Source: an uncultured Bacteroides sp.
GTDB taxonomy: Bacteria > Bacteroidota > Bacteroidia > Bacteroidales > GCA-2748055
Reading direction: 5' to 3'
Assembly (NCBI GenBank): GCA_964575865.1
Contig: CAZNSZ010000002.1
Coordinates: 390-64,389, forward strand
DNA length: 64,000 bases
Made by a program: the position numbers and the translations under genes. Positions 33,989 to 43,531 of the stretch are shown piece by piece. The notes under the pieces were generated by a model. The model was not told the origin of the DNA, ran no database searches, and saw nothing but the letters and a program-made list of their open reading frames with translations. Positions within the stretch are counted from its first letter, which is position 1; each line of letters begins with the position of its first letter.

Positions 33989-36454
33989 ATGAAAGAGGAG
34001 AAGACAGACATGCAAGGTATTTTCGGCAATATGGATCAGTGGATGATCCCCCTGGACGAAGAAACAGAATATATCCCATTGCTTTCGGAGGAGGAGGAAG
34101 AGGATCTGAAGAAGATGAACATCCCCGATGTCCTTCCCATTCTCCCCCTGCGGAACACGGTGTTGTTCCCGGGGGTGGTGATCCCCATCACCGTGGGCAG
34201 GGATAAATCGCTGAGGCTGATCCAGGAGGTCTTTAAGAAAAACAAGATCCTCGGTGCGGTGGCCCAGAGGAACGGCACCATCGAGGATCCTGAACTGGAG
34301 GACCTCTACCGGGTGGGTACGGTGGCCCAGATCCTGAAGATCCTGGAGATGCCCGACGGGTCCACTTCGGTGATCATTCAGGGGAGAAAGCGGTTCCGGC
34401 TGGATGACCTGCTGACCGACAAGCCCTACCATGTGGCCAGGATCACGCCCCTGGAGGATAAGGAGGACAAGCCCGCCGGGGAGTCCAAAGCGGTGGCTGC
34501 TGCACTGAAGGAGCTGGCTATCAAGATCATCAAGTTGTCTTCCAACATCCCTACAGAAGCCACTTTCGCGGTCAAGAACATCGAAAGCCCTTCATTCCTG
34601 GTCAATTTCCTGGCATCCAACAGCGAGCTGAACCTGAAGCAAAAACAGGATTTGCTGGAGACCCACAGTGTTTCCAAAAGGGGATTCATCCTTCTGGAGA
34701 GCCTCTCCAAAGAAGCACAGATGCTGGAGCTGAAAAACGACATCCAGACCAAGGTAAAAAGTGACCTGGACCAGCAACAGCGGGAGTTCCTGCTGCACCA
34801 GCAGATGAAGACCATCCAGGATGAGCTCGGGGGATCGCCCCAGGACCAGGAGGTGATGGAATATAAAAAGAAAGGGTCCAAAAAGAAGTGGAACAGGGAG
34901 GTAGCCATTGCCTTCGAGAAGGAGCTGGACAAACTGACCCGGCTCAATCCTGCCACAGGCGAGTATTCGGTACAGGTCAATTATATACAAACCCTCCTGG
35001 ACCTCCCGTGGAACGAATTTACCCGTGATAATTTCAATCTTAAAAGGGCCAGCCGGATCCTGGAGAAGGACCACTTCGGTCTGGAGAAGGTGAAGGACAG
35101 GATCCTGGAACACCTGGCAGTGCTGAAACTCAAAGGGGATCTCAAATCCCCGATCCTTTGCCTGGTAGGCCCCCCCGGCGTGGGGAAGACCTCACTGGGC
35201 AGGTCCATCGCCGAAGCCCTGAACAGAAAGTATGTCAGAATGTCACTGGGGGGACTCCATGACGAGGCGGAGATCAGGGGGCACCGGAAAACCTATATCG
35301 GGGCTATGCCCGGACGGGTGATTCAGAACCTGAAGAAGGTGAAATCCTCCAACCCGGTATTCGTGCTCGACGAAATTGACAAGGTGGGCAGGGATGCCCA
35401 GGGAAATCCGGCATCAGCGTTGCTGGAGGTCCTGGACCCCGAGCAGAACAGCACTTTCCATGACAACTTCCTGGAACTTGATTACGATCTGTCCCGGGTG
35501 ATGTTCATCGCCACGGCCAACACCACCGCAGGGATCAACCCGGCCCTGCTCGACCGTATGGAGGTAATCGAGCTTTCGGGGTATATCGTGGAAGAGAAGA
35601 TTCAGATCGCCAAGCGGCACCTGATCCCCAAGCAGCTGGAAAACCACGGTCTGACCAGTAAACACCTCTCTTTCCCTGCCAGAACCCTCGAGTACATCAT
35701 CGAGAGTTATACCAGGGAGTCCGGGGTGCGGCAGCTGGACAAACAGATCGCCAAACTGGTGAGGGTAGCCGCCAAGCACATCGCCTTCGAGGACGAATAC
35801 GAGCGCAAACTGACCCCTTCGCGGGTGCTCGAAGTCCTTGGACCGCCCCGTTACCTCAGGGATAAATACGACGGGAACAAACACGCCGGAGTGGTCACCG
35901 GCCTGGCCTGGACGGCCACCGGCGGGGAGATCCTGTTCGTGGAGACCTCGCTGAGCCAGGGTGAGGGCAAGCTGACCCTGACCGGGAACCTGGGTGATGT
36001 GATGAAGGAGTCCGCGGTGCTGGCTCTGGAATACCTCAAATCCCACGCACTGGAGGTGGGGATCGGATCCGACCTGTTCAAAAAATACAACGTGCATGTG
36101 CATGTGCCGGAAGGTGCCATCCCCAAGGACGGTCCTTCGGCGGGGGTGGCCATGATGACCTCCATCGCCTCCGCCTTCACCCAGCGCAAGGTCAGGGACC
36201 AGATGGCCATGACCGGTGAGATCACCCTCCGGGGAAAGGTCCTGCCGGTCGGGGGTATCAAAGAGAAGATCCTTGCAGCCAAACGGGCTGGGATCACCGA
36301 CATTGCCATTTCGGTCGAAAACCGGAAGGATGTGGAGGAGATCAACGAGATTTACAGGGAAGGGCTCAAATTCCGCTACCTGAATGACGTTTCCGAGCTG
36401 ATGGAATTTGCGCTACTCAAAGAAATGGTGGATCATCCGATGCCTATCGGCTAG
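33989..36454 (+). CDS. lon: ATP-dependent Lon protease (LonA)
   Basis: Has the LON substrate-binding N-domain ([23 protein letters not shown]), Walker [10 protein letters not shown], and the protease site [11 protein letters not shown] with the catalytic Ser. The start is approximate (ATG 33989; later ATGs are possible). Confidence 0.93.
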   Translation: MKEEKTDMQGIFGNMDQWMIPLDEETEYIPLLSEEEEEDLKKMNIPDVLPILPLRNTVLFPGVVIPITVGRDKSLRLIQEVFKKNKILGAVAQRNGTIEDPELEDLYRVGTVAQILKILEMPDGSTSVIIQGRKRFRLDDLLTDKPYHVARITPLEDKEDKPAGESKAVAAALKELAIKIIKLSSNIPTEATFAVKNIESPSFLVNFLASNSELNLKQKQDLLETHSVSKRGFILLESLSKEAQMLELKNDIQTKVKSDLDQQQREFLLHQQMKTIQDELGGSPQDQEVMEYKKKGSKKKWNREVAIAFEKELDKLTRLNPATGEYSVQVNYIQTLLDLPWNEFTRDNFNLKRASRILEKDHFGLEKVKDRILEHLAVLKLKGDLKSPILCLVGPPGVGKTSLGRSIAEALNRKYVRMSLGGLHDEAEIRGHRKTYIGAMPGRVIQNLKKVKSSNPVFVLDEIDKVGRDAQGNPASALLEVLDPEQNSTFHDNFLELDYDLSRVMFIATANTTAGINPALLDRMEVIELSGYIVEEKIQIAKRHLIPKQLENHGLTSKHLSFPARTLEYIIESYTRESGVRQLDKQIAKLVRVAAKHIAFEDEYERKLTPSRVLEVLGPPRYLRDKYDGNKHAGVVTGLAWTATGGEILFVETSLSQGEGKLTLTGNLGDVMKESAVLALEYLKSHALEVGIGSDLFKKYNVHVHVPEGAIPKDGPSAGVAMMTSIASAFTQRKVRDQMAMTGEITLRGKVLPVGGIKEKILAAKRAGITDIAISVENRKDVEEINEIYREGLKFRYLNDVSELMEFALLKEMVDHPMPIG

Positions 36455-36621
36455 CAGATCAGCAGCTTGGCAGTCTCGATCCCGTGAGCTTTCCTGATCC
36501 TCACAAAGTAGATGCCGCATGGAAGGCCTTTCCCCTCCAGGTCGGAGAGGACAAATGATTTCTCCTCCTGGGAGCGAATCTTGTATACCGGCATTCCTTC
36601 AAGGTTAAATACTTCCACCAT
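36451..36621 (-). pseudogene. Orphan 56-codon ORF resembling only a T9SS C-terminal sorting domain (likely gene remnant)
   Basis: My own translation is [56 protein letters not shown]. This shows the typical CTD pattern (..V.D..G..V... L....L..GIYFVRI......T.KLL). An in-frame TAA lies 18 nt upstream of the ATG, so no passenger domain is attached. The ORF overlaps the lon stop by 4 nt. Confidence 0.5.
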
Positions 36622-36766
36622 GGTTGTGAATTTAGGGTGTTACCTGGGCTTTGCTGGGGTCTAAATTAGGGCACCCGGGAACCAAAGTAAAGGGAAATCG
36701 TACTTATTGTGTGAACCGGGGTGTCTGCAGCTTGAACCCGGTATTTTCATGGATAAATCGGCCGGC

Positions 36767-37519
36767 TCAGGAAAAGTTCGATTCGAGCATTTTGATCTTT
36801 TGTGCCGGAATGCGCACGGCACAGGAGCCTCCCGGGTACTCCAGGTGGCAATTGCAGCTTTTTCTGTCGACACGGGCCAGGTAACGCAGGTTGACCAGGT
36901 AGGAACGGCTTGCCCTGAAAAAGCTGCTCCCGGCAAACAGCTCCTCAAGGGACCCCAGGTTCTGGGTGGTCAGTTCGCGGGTTCCGTTGGTCATCTGCAG
37001 GTAGGTGTAGTTGCCGTCCGCTTCACAGTACACGATATCATTGGGATGAATGAGCATATACCCTGCCCTGGAGTTGAGCTTTACTTTGTCAGGGCCCGAC
37101 TGTTTCAGCAGCCTGATCAGTTCCCCGATATCCTGCCTGCGCTCTTTCTCCAGCCGGTTGCGGAAACGGTGGACCGACTGCAGAAGCTCCTCCCGCCTGA
37201 CCGGCTTAAGGATGTAATCGAACACCGAATTGCGGATGGCCTGGATGGCGTAGTGCTCATATGCAGTGACGAATACAATGCCCGGATCGAATCCTTCCCT
37301 GTGGAGCAGTTCAATGAAATGGAACCCATCCTTGTCCGGCATCTGGATGTCCAGAAAGACCAGATCGGCCCGTTCCTTCTTCATCATGCCAAGTGCCTCG
37401 TCCACGTGTCCGGCCATCCCCACCACTGCGATCCCGCGTTCGTCCTGCAGCATATAATGCATCAGCTCCCGCGCCTCCGGTTCGTCATCGACAATGAGGA
37501 TTCTGATCAGCTCTTCCAT
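36767..37519 (-). CDS. LytTR-family response regulator (receiver + LytTR DNA-binding)
   Basis: Start at ATG 37519 (MEELIRILIVDDEPEAREL). It has the receiver residues DLVFLDIQMPDKDG and a C-terminal LytTR domain (IVYCEADGNYTYLQMTNG ... FRASRSYLVNL). No cognate kinase is adjacent. Confidence 0.9.
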   Translation of the reverse strand: MEELIRILIVDDEPEARELMHYMLQDERGIAVVGMAGHVDEALGMMKKERADLVFLDIQMPDKDGFHFIELLHREGFDPGIVFVTAYEHYAIQAIRNSVFDYILKPVRREELLQSVHRFRNRLEKERRQDIGELIRLLKQSGPDKVKLNSRAGYMLIHPNDIVYCEADGNYTYLQMTNGTRELTTQNLGSLEELFAGSSFFRASRSYLVNLRYLARVDRKSCNCHLEYPGGSCAVRIPAQKIKMLESNFS

Positions 37520-37589
37520 GGATCCCGACGGGCTGTTAGGTTCTTCGGCCGAAAGATATAAAATTCCCGTGAGGACAAAAAAAAAGGCC

Positions 37590-37616
37590 CCGGACTGGCG
37601 GGTTCGGTTTTTTTTT
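37590..37616 (+). terminator. Terminator-like hairpin + U-run in the 5' leader of the permease gene
   Basis: CCGGAC-TGGCGG-GTTCGG forms a 6-bp stem with one G-U pair. T9 follows directly at 37608-37616, and A9 precedes at 37577-37585. It sits 35 nt upstream of ATG 37651, with no upstream plus-strand gene to terminate. Confidence 0.35.
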
Positions 37617-37650
37617 GTATTCTTCACACTGATTTCTTGACGGGGATCCC

Positions 37651-39879
37651 ATGCAGCACTCTCATCCACAGAGAACAGGAGCCAATTTCGGCACCCTTCC
37701 GGTCTTCATGACCACCATCTCAACTATCCTGGGTGCCATTCTGTTCCTGAGGTTCGGTTACGCCGTGGGCCACCAGGGTTTTCTGGGTGCCATCGGGATC
37801 ATTCTGCTGGGACACATGGTGACCATACCCACGGCCATGGCCGTGGCCGAGATCGCCACCAACCAGAAGGTACAGGGGGGAGGGGCCTATTACATCATCA
37901 GCCGCTCCTTCGGCCTCAACATCGGATCGGCCATCGGGATCGCCCTCTTCCTGAGCCAGGCCATCAGCGTGGCCTTCTACGTCATCGCATTCTCGGAGGC
38001 GTTCGATCCCCTGATCCGTTACCTCCACTACGAACTGAATGTGCCCCTCATCGATAAACGGTGGATCGGACTGGCCTCCATGGGGCTGCTCTCGGTCATC
38101 ATCCTCACGCGCGGGGCCAACATGGGGATGAAGGCGCTCTATTTCGTTGTGGCGCTGCTGTTCACCTCGCTGCTCTTTTTCTTCATGGGTAATTCCACCA
38201 CCCCGGAAGGGCCCCTGGTCCTGAACGCGCAGATCGAGAATCCCGACAATTTCTTTTTTGTCTTCACCATCATATTCCCCGCCTTTACGGGACTGGTGGC
38301 CGGACTGGGACTGTCGGGCGATCTGAAGAATCCCAGCCTGTCAATCCCCCGCGGCACCCTCTGGGCCACCATGGGTGGATTCGTGGTCTATATCCTCGTC
38401 AGTTATAAACTGGCCATCAGCGCTACCCCCGGGGAGCTGGCCTCGGACCAGCTCATCATGGAAAAAATCGCCCTCTGGGGACCCATCATTCCCATCGGGC
38501 TGGCAGCGGCTTCCCTCTCTTCCGCATTGGGGTCCATCATGGTGGCACCGCGCACCCTGCAGGCCATGGGATATGACGATGTGTTTCCCGGCCTGCGACT
38601 TAACCGCTGGCTCTCAAAAGGGAAAGCAAAAGACAACGATCCCACCAATGCAGGGGTGATCAGCATCGTCATCGCATTTGTCTTTGTCGCCTTCGGGGAT
38701 ATTGATTTCGTGGCCAGGATCATCTCCATGTTCTTCATGGTGACCTACGGTGTCATTTGCCTGATCTCGCTGCTGGAGCACTTTGCAGCCGATCCTTCCT
38801 ACCGGCCCACCTTCAAATCACGCTGGTACATCTCCCTGATCGGGGCCGTTACCTCTTTCTGGCTCATGTTCAAAATGAATGCCCCCTATGCGGTCCTTTC
38901 CCTGATGGTCATGGTCGGGATCTACCTGATGGTTTCCAGCTATAAAAAGAAAGAGAAAGGACTGGTCAACCTCTTCCGGGGAGTGATCTTCCAGGCAAGC
39001 CGACAGCTTCAGATCCTGGCCCAGCGGGCTGACCGGGAGGACCTGGACGAGCACTGGCGGCCGTTCACCATCTGCGTCTCCCAGGATACCTTCATGCGCA
39101 GGAGCGCGTTCGACATGCTCCGCTGGATCTCCCTGAAGTACGGGTTCGGGACCTACATCCATTACATCAAGGGATTCCTGACTGAGGAGACCAACCAGGA
39201 ATCCCGGGAGATCCTCAACAAACTGATCCACCTTGCGGCCGGAAGCAAGAACCGGGTCTACCTGGATACCATCATCAGTCCCTCCTACACCTCAGCCATC
39301 GCCCAGGTGATCCAGCTGTCGGGCATCTCGGGGAAGGGGAACAACATGATCCTTTTCGAATGTTCCCAGGGGAGTCCCGAAACCCTCCAGGAAGCCCTGA
39401 ACACCCATGACATCCTCTATGCCACCGGATTCGACCTCTGCATTCTGAGCACTTCCTATAAAGGATTCGGTTACAAGAAACAGATCCACATCTGGATCAC
39501 CCCCACCGACAACGACAACGCCAACCTGATGATCCTCCTGGGGTACATCATCCTGGGACATCCCGAATGGAAAGAGGGGATCATCAAGATCTTCGCCCTT
39601 TACAGGCAGGAAGAGACCTCCCAGAGAAGGGAGGAACTGAAGGAACTCATACGCGAAGGCCGGCTCCCCATCTCACTGGGGAACATCAACCTGGTCAGCG
39701 CCGAGAAAGACAGGGAGGCGCGGGAAGTGATCGGGGAGGTATCAGTGGATGCCGACCTGACCGTCGTGGGATTCAGGCACGAACAGGTAAAGACCGAAGG
39801 ATACAGGCTGTTTACGGGATACGATAAGCTGGGGAATGTCCTCTTCGTAAGCGCCAACAAAAAGAAAGAAATCAAGTAA
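37651..39879 (+). CDS. APC-superfamily permease of cation-chloride cotransporter (SLC12-like) type with cytoplasmic C-terminal domain
   Basis: Has about 12 TM segments, amino-acid-permease-like motifs (GTLPVFMTTISTILGAILFLRFGY) and a soluble C-terminal domain of about 280 aa, as in bacterial CCC homologues. Confidence 0.8.
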   Translation: MQHSHPQRTGANFGTLPVFMTTISTILGAILFLRFGYAVGHQGFLGAIGIILLGHMVTIPTAMAVAEIATNQKVQGGGAYYIISRSFGLNIGSAIGIALFLSQAISVAFYVIAFSEAFDPLIRYLHYELNVPLIDKRWIGLASMGLLSVIILTRGANMGMKALYFVVALLFTSLLFFFMGNSTTPEGPLVLNAQIENPDNFFFVFTIIFPAFTGLVAGLGLSGDLKNPSLSIPRGTLWATMGGFVVYILVSYKLAISATPGELASDQLIMEKIALWGPIIPIGLAAASLSSALGSIMVAPRTLQAMGYDDVFPGLRLNRWLSKGKAKDNDPTNAGVISIVIAFVFVAFGDIDFVARIISMFFMVTYGVICLISLLEHFAADPSYRPTFKSRWYISLIGAVTSFWLMFKMNAPYAVLSLMVMVGIYLMVSSYKKKEKGLVNLFRGVIFQASRQLQILAQRADREDLDEHWRPFTICVSQDTFMRRSAFDMLRWISLKYGFGTYIHYIKGFLTEETNQESREILNKLIHLAAGSKNRVYLDTIISPSYTSAIAQVIQLSGISGKGNNMILFECSQGSPETLQEALNTHDILYATGFDLCILSTSYKGFGYKKQIHIWITPTDNDNANLMILLGYIILGHPEWKEGIIKIFALYRQEETSQRREELKELIREGRLPISLGNINLVSAEKDREAREVIGEVSVDADLTVVGFRHEQVKTEGYRLFTGYDKLGNVLFVSANKKKEIK

Positions 39880-39885
39880 AACACT

Positions 39886-39893
39886 ACCTTTGA
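39886..39893 (+). promoter_or_regulatory. -7 promoter box TACCTTTG (TAnnTTTG) upstream of coaD
   Basis: Exact match, 11 nt before ATG 39905. Confidence 0.35.
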
Positions 39894-39904
39894 TCCAAAA
39901 GCCC

Positions 39905-40375
39905 ATGCAGAAGATCGCAGTATTTCCCGGATCGTTCGATCCATTTACCGTGGGGCATGAAAGCATCGTACTCCGTTCGCTGAGCCTGTTCGACCAGGTC
40001 ATCGTGGCCGTCGGGGTACATTCCACCAAGACCCCCCTGCTGAATATCGATGCCAGGGTGGAGATCGTCAGAAAAGTCTTCAGCAAATACGACAAGGTGA
40101 GGGCCGACTCATTCAGGGGCCTCACCGTCGATTACTGCAGGAAGGTGAACGCCACCCATATGCTCAGGGGAATACGGACCGCTGCCGATTTCGAATATGA
40201 AAGGGCCATTGCACAGATCAACAAACGCATGTTGCCGACCGTGGAATCCATCTTCCTGCTCACCTCACCGGAACATACACCGGTGAATTCAACCATCATC
40301 CGGGATATCATCCGCAATGGCGGAGACGCCACGCAGTTCCTTCCGCAGGGGATCAACATACAGGAGTACCTTTGA
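39905..40375 (+). CDS. coaD: Pantetheine-phosphate adenylyltransferase
   Basis: MQKIAVFPGSFDPFTVGHE contains the (T/H)xGH motif. ISSTIIRD is seen as NSTIIRD. It is about 156 aa. Confidence 0.93.
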   Translation: MQKIAVFPGSFDPFTVGHESIVLRSLSLFDQVIVAVGVHSTKTPLLNIDARVEIVRKVFSKYDKVRADSFRGLTVDYCRKVNATHMLRGIRTAADFEYERAIAQINKRMLPTVESIFLLTSPEHTPVNSTIIRDIIRNGGDATQFLPQGINIQEYL

Positions 40376-41811
40376 TGACCGGAAAAGCGATCATTGCCGC
40401 CTGGCTGATTGTGTGGGGTGCCGGGGCGGTGCCCGGACAGGAGGTCTCCATCGAAGGCAGCGGAGAAGGGTACGGGAACCGTGCCGTTCAGCTCTCCGTA
40501 TCATTCAATCCTTTTATCTCCGAGCCCGCCTACAGCGAGACCCTGCAGTTCGACGGGGAAGGACGGCTCCGGCACAGCTTCCGGCTGGAGACGGGCAGGG
40601 TGGTCCAGTTCGAAACCGGGGTTTACCAGGCCTACCTCTACATGGAGCCCGGGTACCATTACGAGGTGGAATTCCCGACCTTCAGGGAAAAACGATACGA
40701 GGAGTTCATGTCCCCTTACTACCAGCCTGCATTTGTGCCGCTGCAGGTCCGCTCCAGAACAGACCTCAGCACCGGGACCCGCGTGCCGGGTACACGGGAT
40801 GTCAATGACCGCATTGCGCGCTTTGATACCCTCTTCAGCACGGCCAACGAGCAGGTGATCCTGGACCGGAGACTGGGAAGGCCCACCTCCCGCGATTCCC
40901 TGGAAAGGGCCATGGAGGAACGGTTCGCGGCAGACTCCTCCCTTTTCTTCTCCGAATACCGCAAATACCGTTACGGGCTGATGGCCCTGAACGAGGGGAA
41001 GACCGGGCTGGCGGAGATCAGCAGGCGGTACCTTGGACCGGTGATCAGGGAGACCCATCCCGGATTCGTGGAGCTATTCCGCAACATGTTCCGCGATTTC
41101 ATCTTCTACTACTCCAGCACCCCGGAAGGAAGCGGCCTGAGGAGGTACATCAACCGGACCCACCAGCTGGACAGCATCCGGTTCACCCTGATGCGCCATC
41201 CCTCCATCTGGTGCGATACCCTGGCCGAGCTGGTGCTGCTGCAGGAGTTGTCGGATATCTTCTACAGCGGTGATGTTCACAAGGAATCGGTCCTGATCCT
41301 GCTCGACTCCATGGCAACGGATCCCGTATCTCCCCGGCTTGCCACCTATGCCGGACAGGTCAGGGAGAGGCTTTCAAGCCTGATGGCAGGACATGCCCCG
41401 CCCCGCTTCAGGCTTCCGGACCTCGGCGGCGAGGTGGTCACACCGGAGACGCTGAAAGGGAAGTACACCTACCTGTTCTTTTGCACACCGGACCATTATG
41501 GCTGCATGATGGAATATCCCTTTCTGCAGTCCTTTCAGGAAAAACATGCAGACTATCTCCAGGTGGTCAGCGTGATGGTGGCCGCCTCCGAACAGGAAGT
41601 ATCCGATTTTGTTGAGCGGAACAGGTACGGTTGGAGGATCCTCTATTATGGTGGCGATACCGGGATTCTGAGGGATTACCAGGTTCGGGCCTTCCCCACC
41701 GCCTACCTCATCGGTCCGGAGGGAAAGCTGATCCTCTCGCCTTCCTCCCTGCCCTCCGACGGATTCGAGCAGCAGCTCTTCCGCATCATGCGCTCACGGG
41801 GCGAGATCTAG
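40375..41811 (+). CDS. Secreted protein with C-terminal thioredoxin-fold (TlpA/AhpC-TSA-like) domain lacking CXXC
   Basis: Has a signal peptide. The C-terminal ~130 aa show the redoxin pattern (F.LPDL.G..V....LKGKYTYLFF ... FPT.YLIGPEGK), but the active site reads CTPDHYGC rather than WCxxC. Confidence 0.65.
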   Translation: MTGKAIIAAWLIVWGAGAVPGQEVSIEGSGEGYGNRAVQLSVSFNPFISEPAYSETLQFDGEGRLRHSFRLETGRVVQFETGVYQAYLYMEPGYHYEVEFPTFREKRYEEFMSPYYQPAFVPLQVRSRTDLSTGTRVPGTRDVNDRIARFDTLFSTANEQVILDRRLGRPTSRDSLERAMEERFAADSSLFFSEYRKYRYGLMALNEGKTGLAEISRRYLGPVIRETHPGFVELFRNMFRDFIFYYSSTPEGSGLRRYINRTHQLDSIRFTLMRHPSIWCDTLAELVLLQELSDIFYSGDVHKESVLILLDSMATDPVSPRLATYAGQVRERLSSLMAGHAPPRFRLPDLGGEVVTPETLKGKYTYLFFCTPDHYGCMMEYPFLQSFQEKHADYLQVVSVMVAASEQEVSDFVERNRYGWRILYYGGDTGILRDYQVRAFPTAYLIGPEGKLILSPSSLPSDGFEQQLFRIMRSRGEI

Positions 41812-41816
41812 CCCCT

Positions 41817-42431
41817 TCAGAGCACCTCCCTGAAGTAAAGCACATCCAGGATGCTTCCGTAGCTGTTCTTCCTGATAAAATCGGTGTATCCCGGCCTCAC
41901 CCACCGGTATTCAGTGATCTGTTCCGAATCCTGCAGGACCGGATCCTCCTTTCCCCGGTACTCCATTTCGAACCAGCGCGTCTTTTTAAGGATCCTTTCG
42001 CTCCCCAGCTGGTAGGTATGGTAGGTGGACATCAATGACTGGACCGGGCGCAGACCCTGCAGTCCCGTTTCCTCCTCCACCTCCCGAAGGGCCGCCTGCC
42101 CGAATGATTCCCCCTTCTCAAGCTTGCCCTTGGGCAGGTCCCACACCTCCCTCCTGCGGATCACCAGGAATTCGCCCTGCCCGTTAAACACCAGTCCTCC
42201 CGCGGCCTCCACCATGGTGAAGCACGCTTTGAACTCCTCGATCAGCTGAAGCATGTCCGTATGGAAAATGTAGAGGTTCCGGATCTGGCTGAGGGAGGCA
42301 AAAAGACCGATCAGTTCGTTGAGCTCCTGGATATTATTGAATTTATAAAAGAGCCCCTTGTTTCGCCTGAAGGCCCTGGAGAAGTTGTCGCCGAAATAGA
42401 CGGTCCGATCGTTGAAAAAAACTTTATACAT
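41817..42431 (-). CDS. NUDIX hydrolase
   Basis: Has the Nudix box GKLEKGESFGQAALREVEEETGL. The first ATG is at 42431; the ORF-track TTG at 42452 is also possible. Confidence 0.85.
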   Translation of the reverse strand: MYKVFFNDRTVYFGDNFSRAFRRNKGLFYKFNNIQELNELIGLFASLSQIRNLYIFHTDMLQLIEEFKACFTMVEAAGGLVFNGQGEFLVIRRREVWDLPKGKLEKGESFGQAALREVEEETGLQGLRPVQSLMSTYHTYQLGSERILKKTRWFEMEYRGKEDPVLQDSEQITEYRWVRPGYTDFIRKNSYGSILDVLYFREVL

Positions 42432-42438
42432 TTGTTGG

Positions 42439-43083
42439 ATGCCAGAAATCAAACATCAGGTGGCCGGCTACCTGTTGCAAAGTAAAGCAATAATCCTCGA
42501 ACCCGCAAAACCGTTCACATGGGCTTCAGGCTGGAGGTCACCCATTTACTGTGACAACCGCATCACCCTTTCCTACCCTGAGATCAGGGAAACCATCAAG
42601 GAGTCGTTCATACAGATGATCGGAAGGCATTTTCCGGGACCGGATGTGGTGGCAGGCGTGGCCACCGGTGCCATTGCACAGGGTGCGCTGGTGGCCGACG
42701 GACTGAAGCTGCCTTTCGTCTATGTGCGGTCCTCCGCCAAGGAGCACGGAAGGAAGAACCTGGTGGAAGGACGGCTCGGCGAAGGCCAGAAAGTGGTGGT
42801 GGTGGAGGACCTGGTCAGTACGGGAGGAAGCTCCCTGAAAGCGGTGGAAGCCCTGAGGGAGGCCGGTGCTGAGGTCACCGGCATGGTGGCCATTTTTTCC
42901 TACGGATTCCCGGAAGCCGGCAACAATTTCAGCAAAGCCGGCGTGAAGCTCGTTACCCTGACCGATTACCAAACGCTCATCGAAGTGGCACTCCGCTCAG
43001 GCGAGATCCGGCAGGAGGAGGTGGAGATGCTGCGTGAATGGAGAAAGGATCCTGCCGGCTGGACACCGCCAAATCAACTTTGA
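42439..43083 (+). CDS. pyrE: Orotate phosphoribosyltransferase
   Basis: Has the PRPP-binding loop VVVVEDLVSTGGSSL and FTWASGWRSPIYCDNR. The N-terminus is aligned by eye to MPEIK. Confidence 0.92.
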   Translation: MPEIKHQVAGYLLQSKAIILEPAKPFTWASGWRSPIYCDNRITLSYPEIRETIKESFIQMIGRHFPGPDVVAGVATGAIAQGALVADGLKLPFVYVRSSAKEHGRKNLVEGRLGEGQKVVVVEDLVSTGGSSLKAVEALREAGAEVTGMVAIFSYGFPEAGNNFSKAGVKLVTLTDYQTLIEVALRSGEIRQEEVEMLREWRKDPAGWTPPNQL

Positions 43084-43085
43084 TT

Positions 43086-43508
43086 GTGAAAATCGAAAGC
43101 AGAATAGGAAAATCGCCTTACCGGGACTGCGAGATCTTCGGATTCATCACCGATTTCAATAACTTCAGGTCCCTGCTACCGGAGGGCAGGGTGAGCGGTT
43201 TCGAGACATCGGGGGACCAGTGCAGCTTCCAGGTGGAGCCACTGGGCCGCACCGGGCTGAGGATCATGGAAAAATCGCCCTGCAAGCTGGTGAAATACGC
43301 CTCGGTACCGGAGTTTTCAAAGTACCAGTTCACCATATGGATCCAGCTGAAGCAGGTGGCCGAGAAGGATACCCGCATCAGGATCACGGTGGAGCCCCAT
43401 GTCAGTCCCATGCTGATTCCCATGATCAGGGGACCCCTGAAACTTTTTGTGAACGGACTGGTGGATAAAATGGAGGGATTTGAGTTCTCTCCTCCCGAAC
43501 AAGGATAG
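43086..43508 (+). CDS. Hypothetical protein, possibly SRPBCC-fold
   Basis: A small (~140 aa) protein that looks beta-rich by eye, starting VKIESRIGKSPYRDCEIFGFITDFNNF. The start is a GTG/TTG just after the pyrE stop. The fold assignment is a guess. Confidence 0.45.
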   Translation: MKIESRIGKSPYRDCEIFGFITDFNNFRSLLPEGRVSGFETSGDQCSFQVEPLGRTGLRIMEKSPCKLVKYASVPEFSKYQFTIWIQLKQVAEKDTRIRITVEPHVSPMLIPMIRGPLKLFVNGLVDKMEGFEFSPPEQG

Positions 43509-43531
43509 GACCCTGCCAGTTGCAGGCGTTT

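Noticed and set aside
42427-42434. TACATTTG box only 4 nt upstream of the pyrE ATG, which would imply a leaderless transcript.
   Set aside because: It lies inside the divergent NUDIX coding region and too close to the start codon to interpret. It may be a chance match.
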